64,000 nucleotides of DNA from Xylographa opegraphella (taxonomy: Eukaryota): assembly GCA_022813865.1 (NCBI GenBank), contig JALDZX010000005.1, positions 62,001 to 126,000 of the forward strand, read 5' to 3'. Position 1 is the stretch's first letter. Every line of letters begins with the position of its first letter. Of this stretch, positions 63,933 through 64,000 are shown piece by piece. A model generated the notes under the pieces. The model made no database searches, was not told the origin of the DNA, and saw only the letters and a list, made by a program, of their open reading frames with translations. A program made the translations under genes and the position numbers.

Positions 63933-63965
63933 TTCTAGCGCCATTCTAGCGCCATTCTAGCGCCA
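63933..63965. repeat. 11-bp tandem repeat TTCTAGCGCCA x3
   Basis: Directly visible. Confidence 0.9.
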
Positions 63966-64000
63966 TCATATCTTGGATTAGATCTCCTTTAAATTAAGGT

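Overview
Gene-dense window from a filamentous ascomycete (Pezizomycotina; short GT-AG introns with CTRAY branch points). Core genes: adenylate cyclase (3' part), CUL3, ZIM17, UTP20, CWF19L1/DRN1-like, RBM42-like, 6-phosphogluconate dehydrogenase, a TPT/SLC35-family transporter, LSM12-like, APN1, an atypical SDR, BUB1/MAD3, pyroglutamyl peptidase I and POL5. These are interrupted by accessory islands at about 19.5-27.3, 36-38.6, 51.2-57.5 and 62.5-64 kb, which hold pseudogenes, small secreted or membrane proteins and an intronless DEDDy exonuclease-zinc-finger gene. I found no rRNA, tRNA, CRISPR array or intact transposon, and no novel system can be proven from sequence alone. Best leads: (1) repeated local C-rich to G-rich strand-skew inversions that ignore gene orientation and extend into introns and UTRs; (2) two mutually exclusive RNA helices at the 3' splice site of the first 6PGD intron; (3) an exonuclease + matrin-type zinc finger + Cys-tail protein; (4) a secreted protein resembling G1 glutamic peptidases. 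Exon boundaries were inferred by eye.
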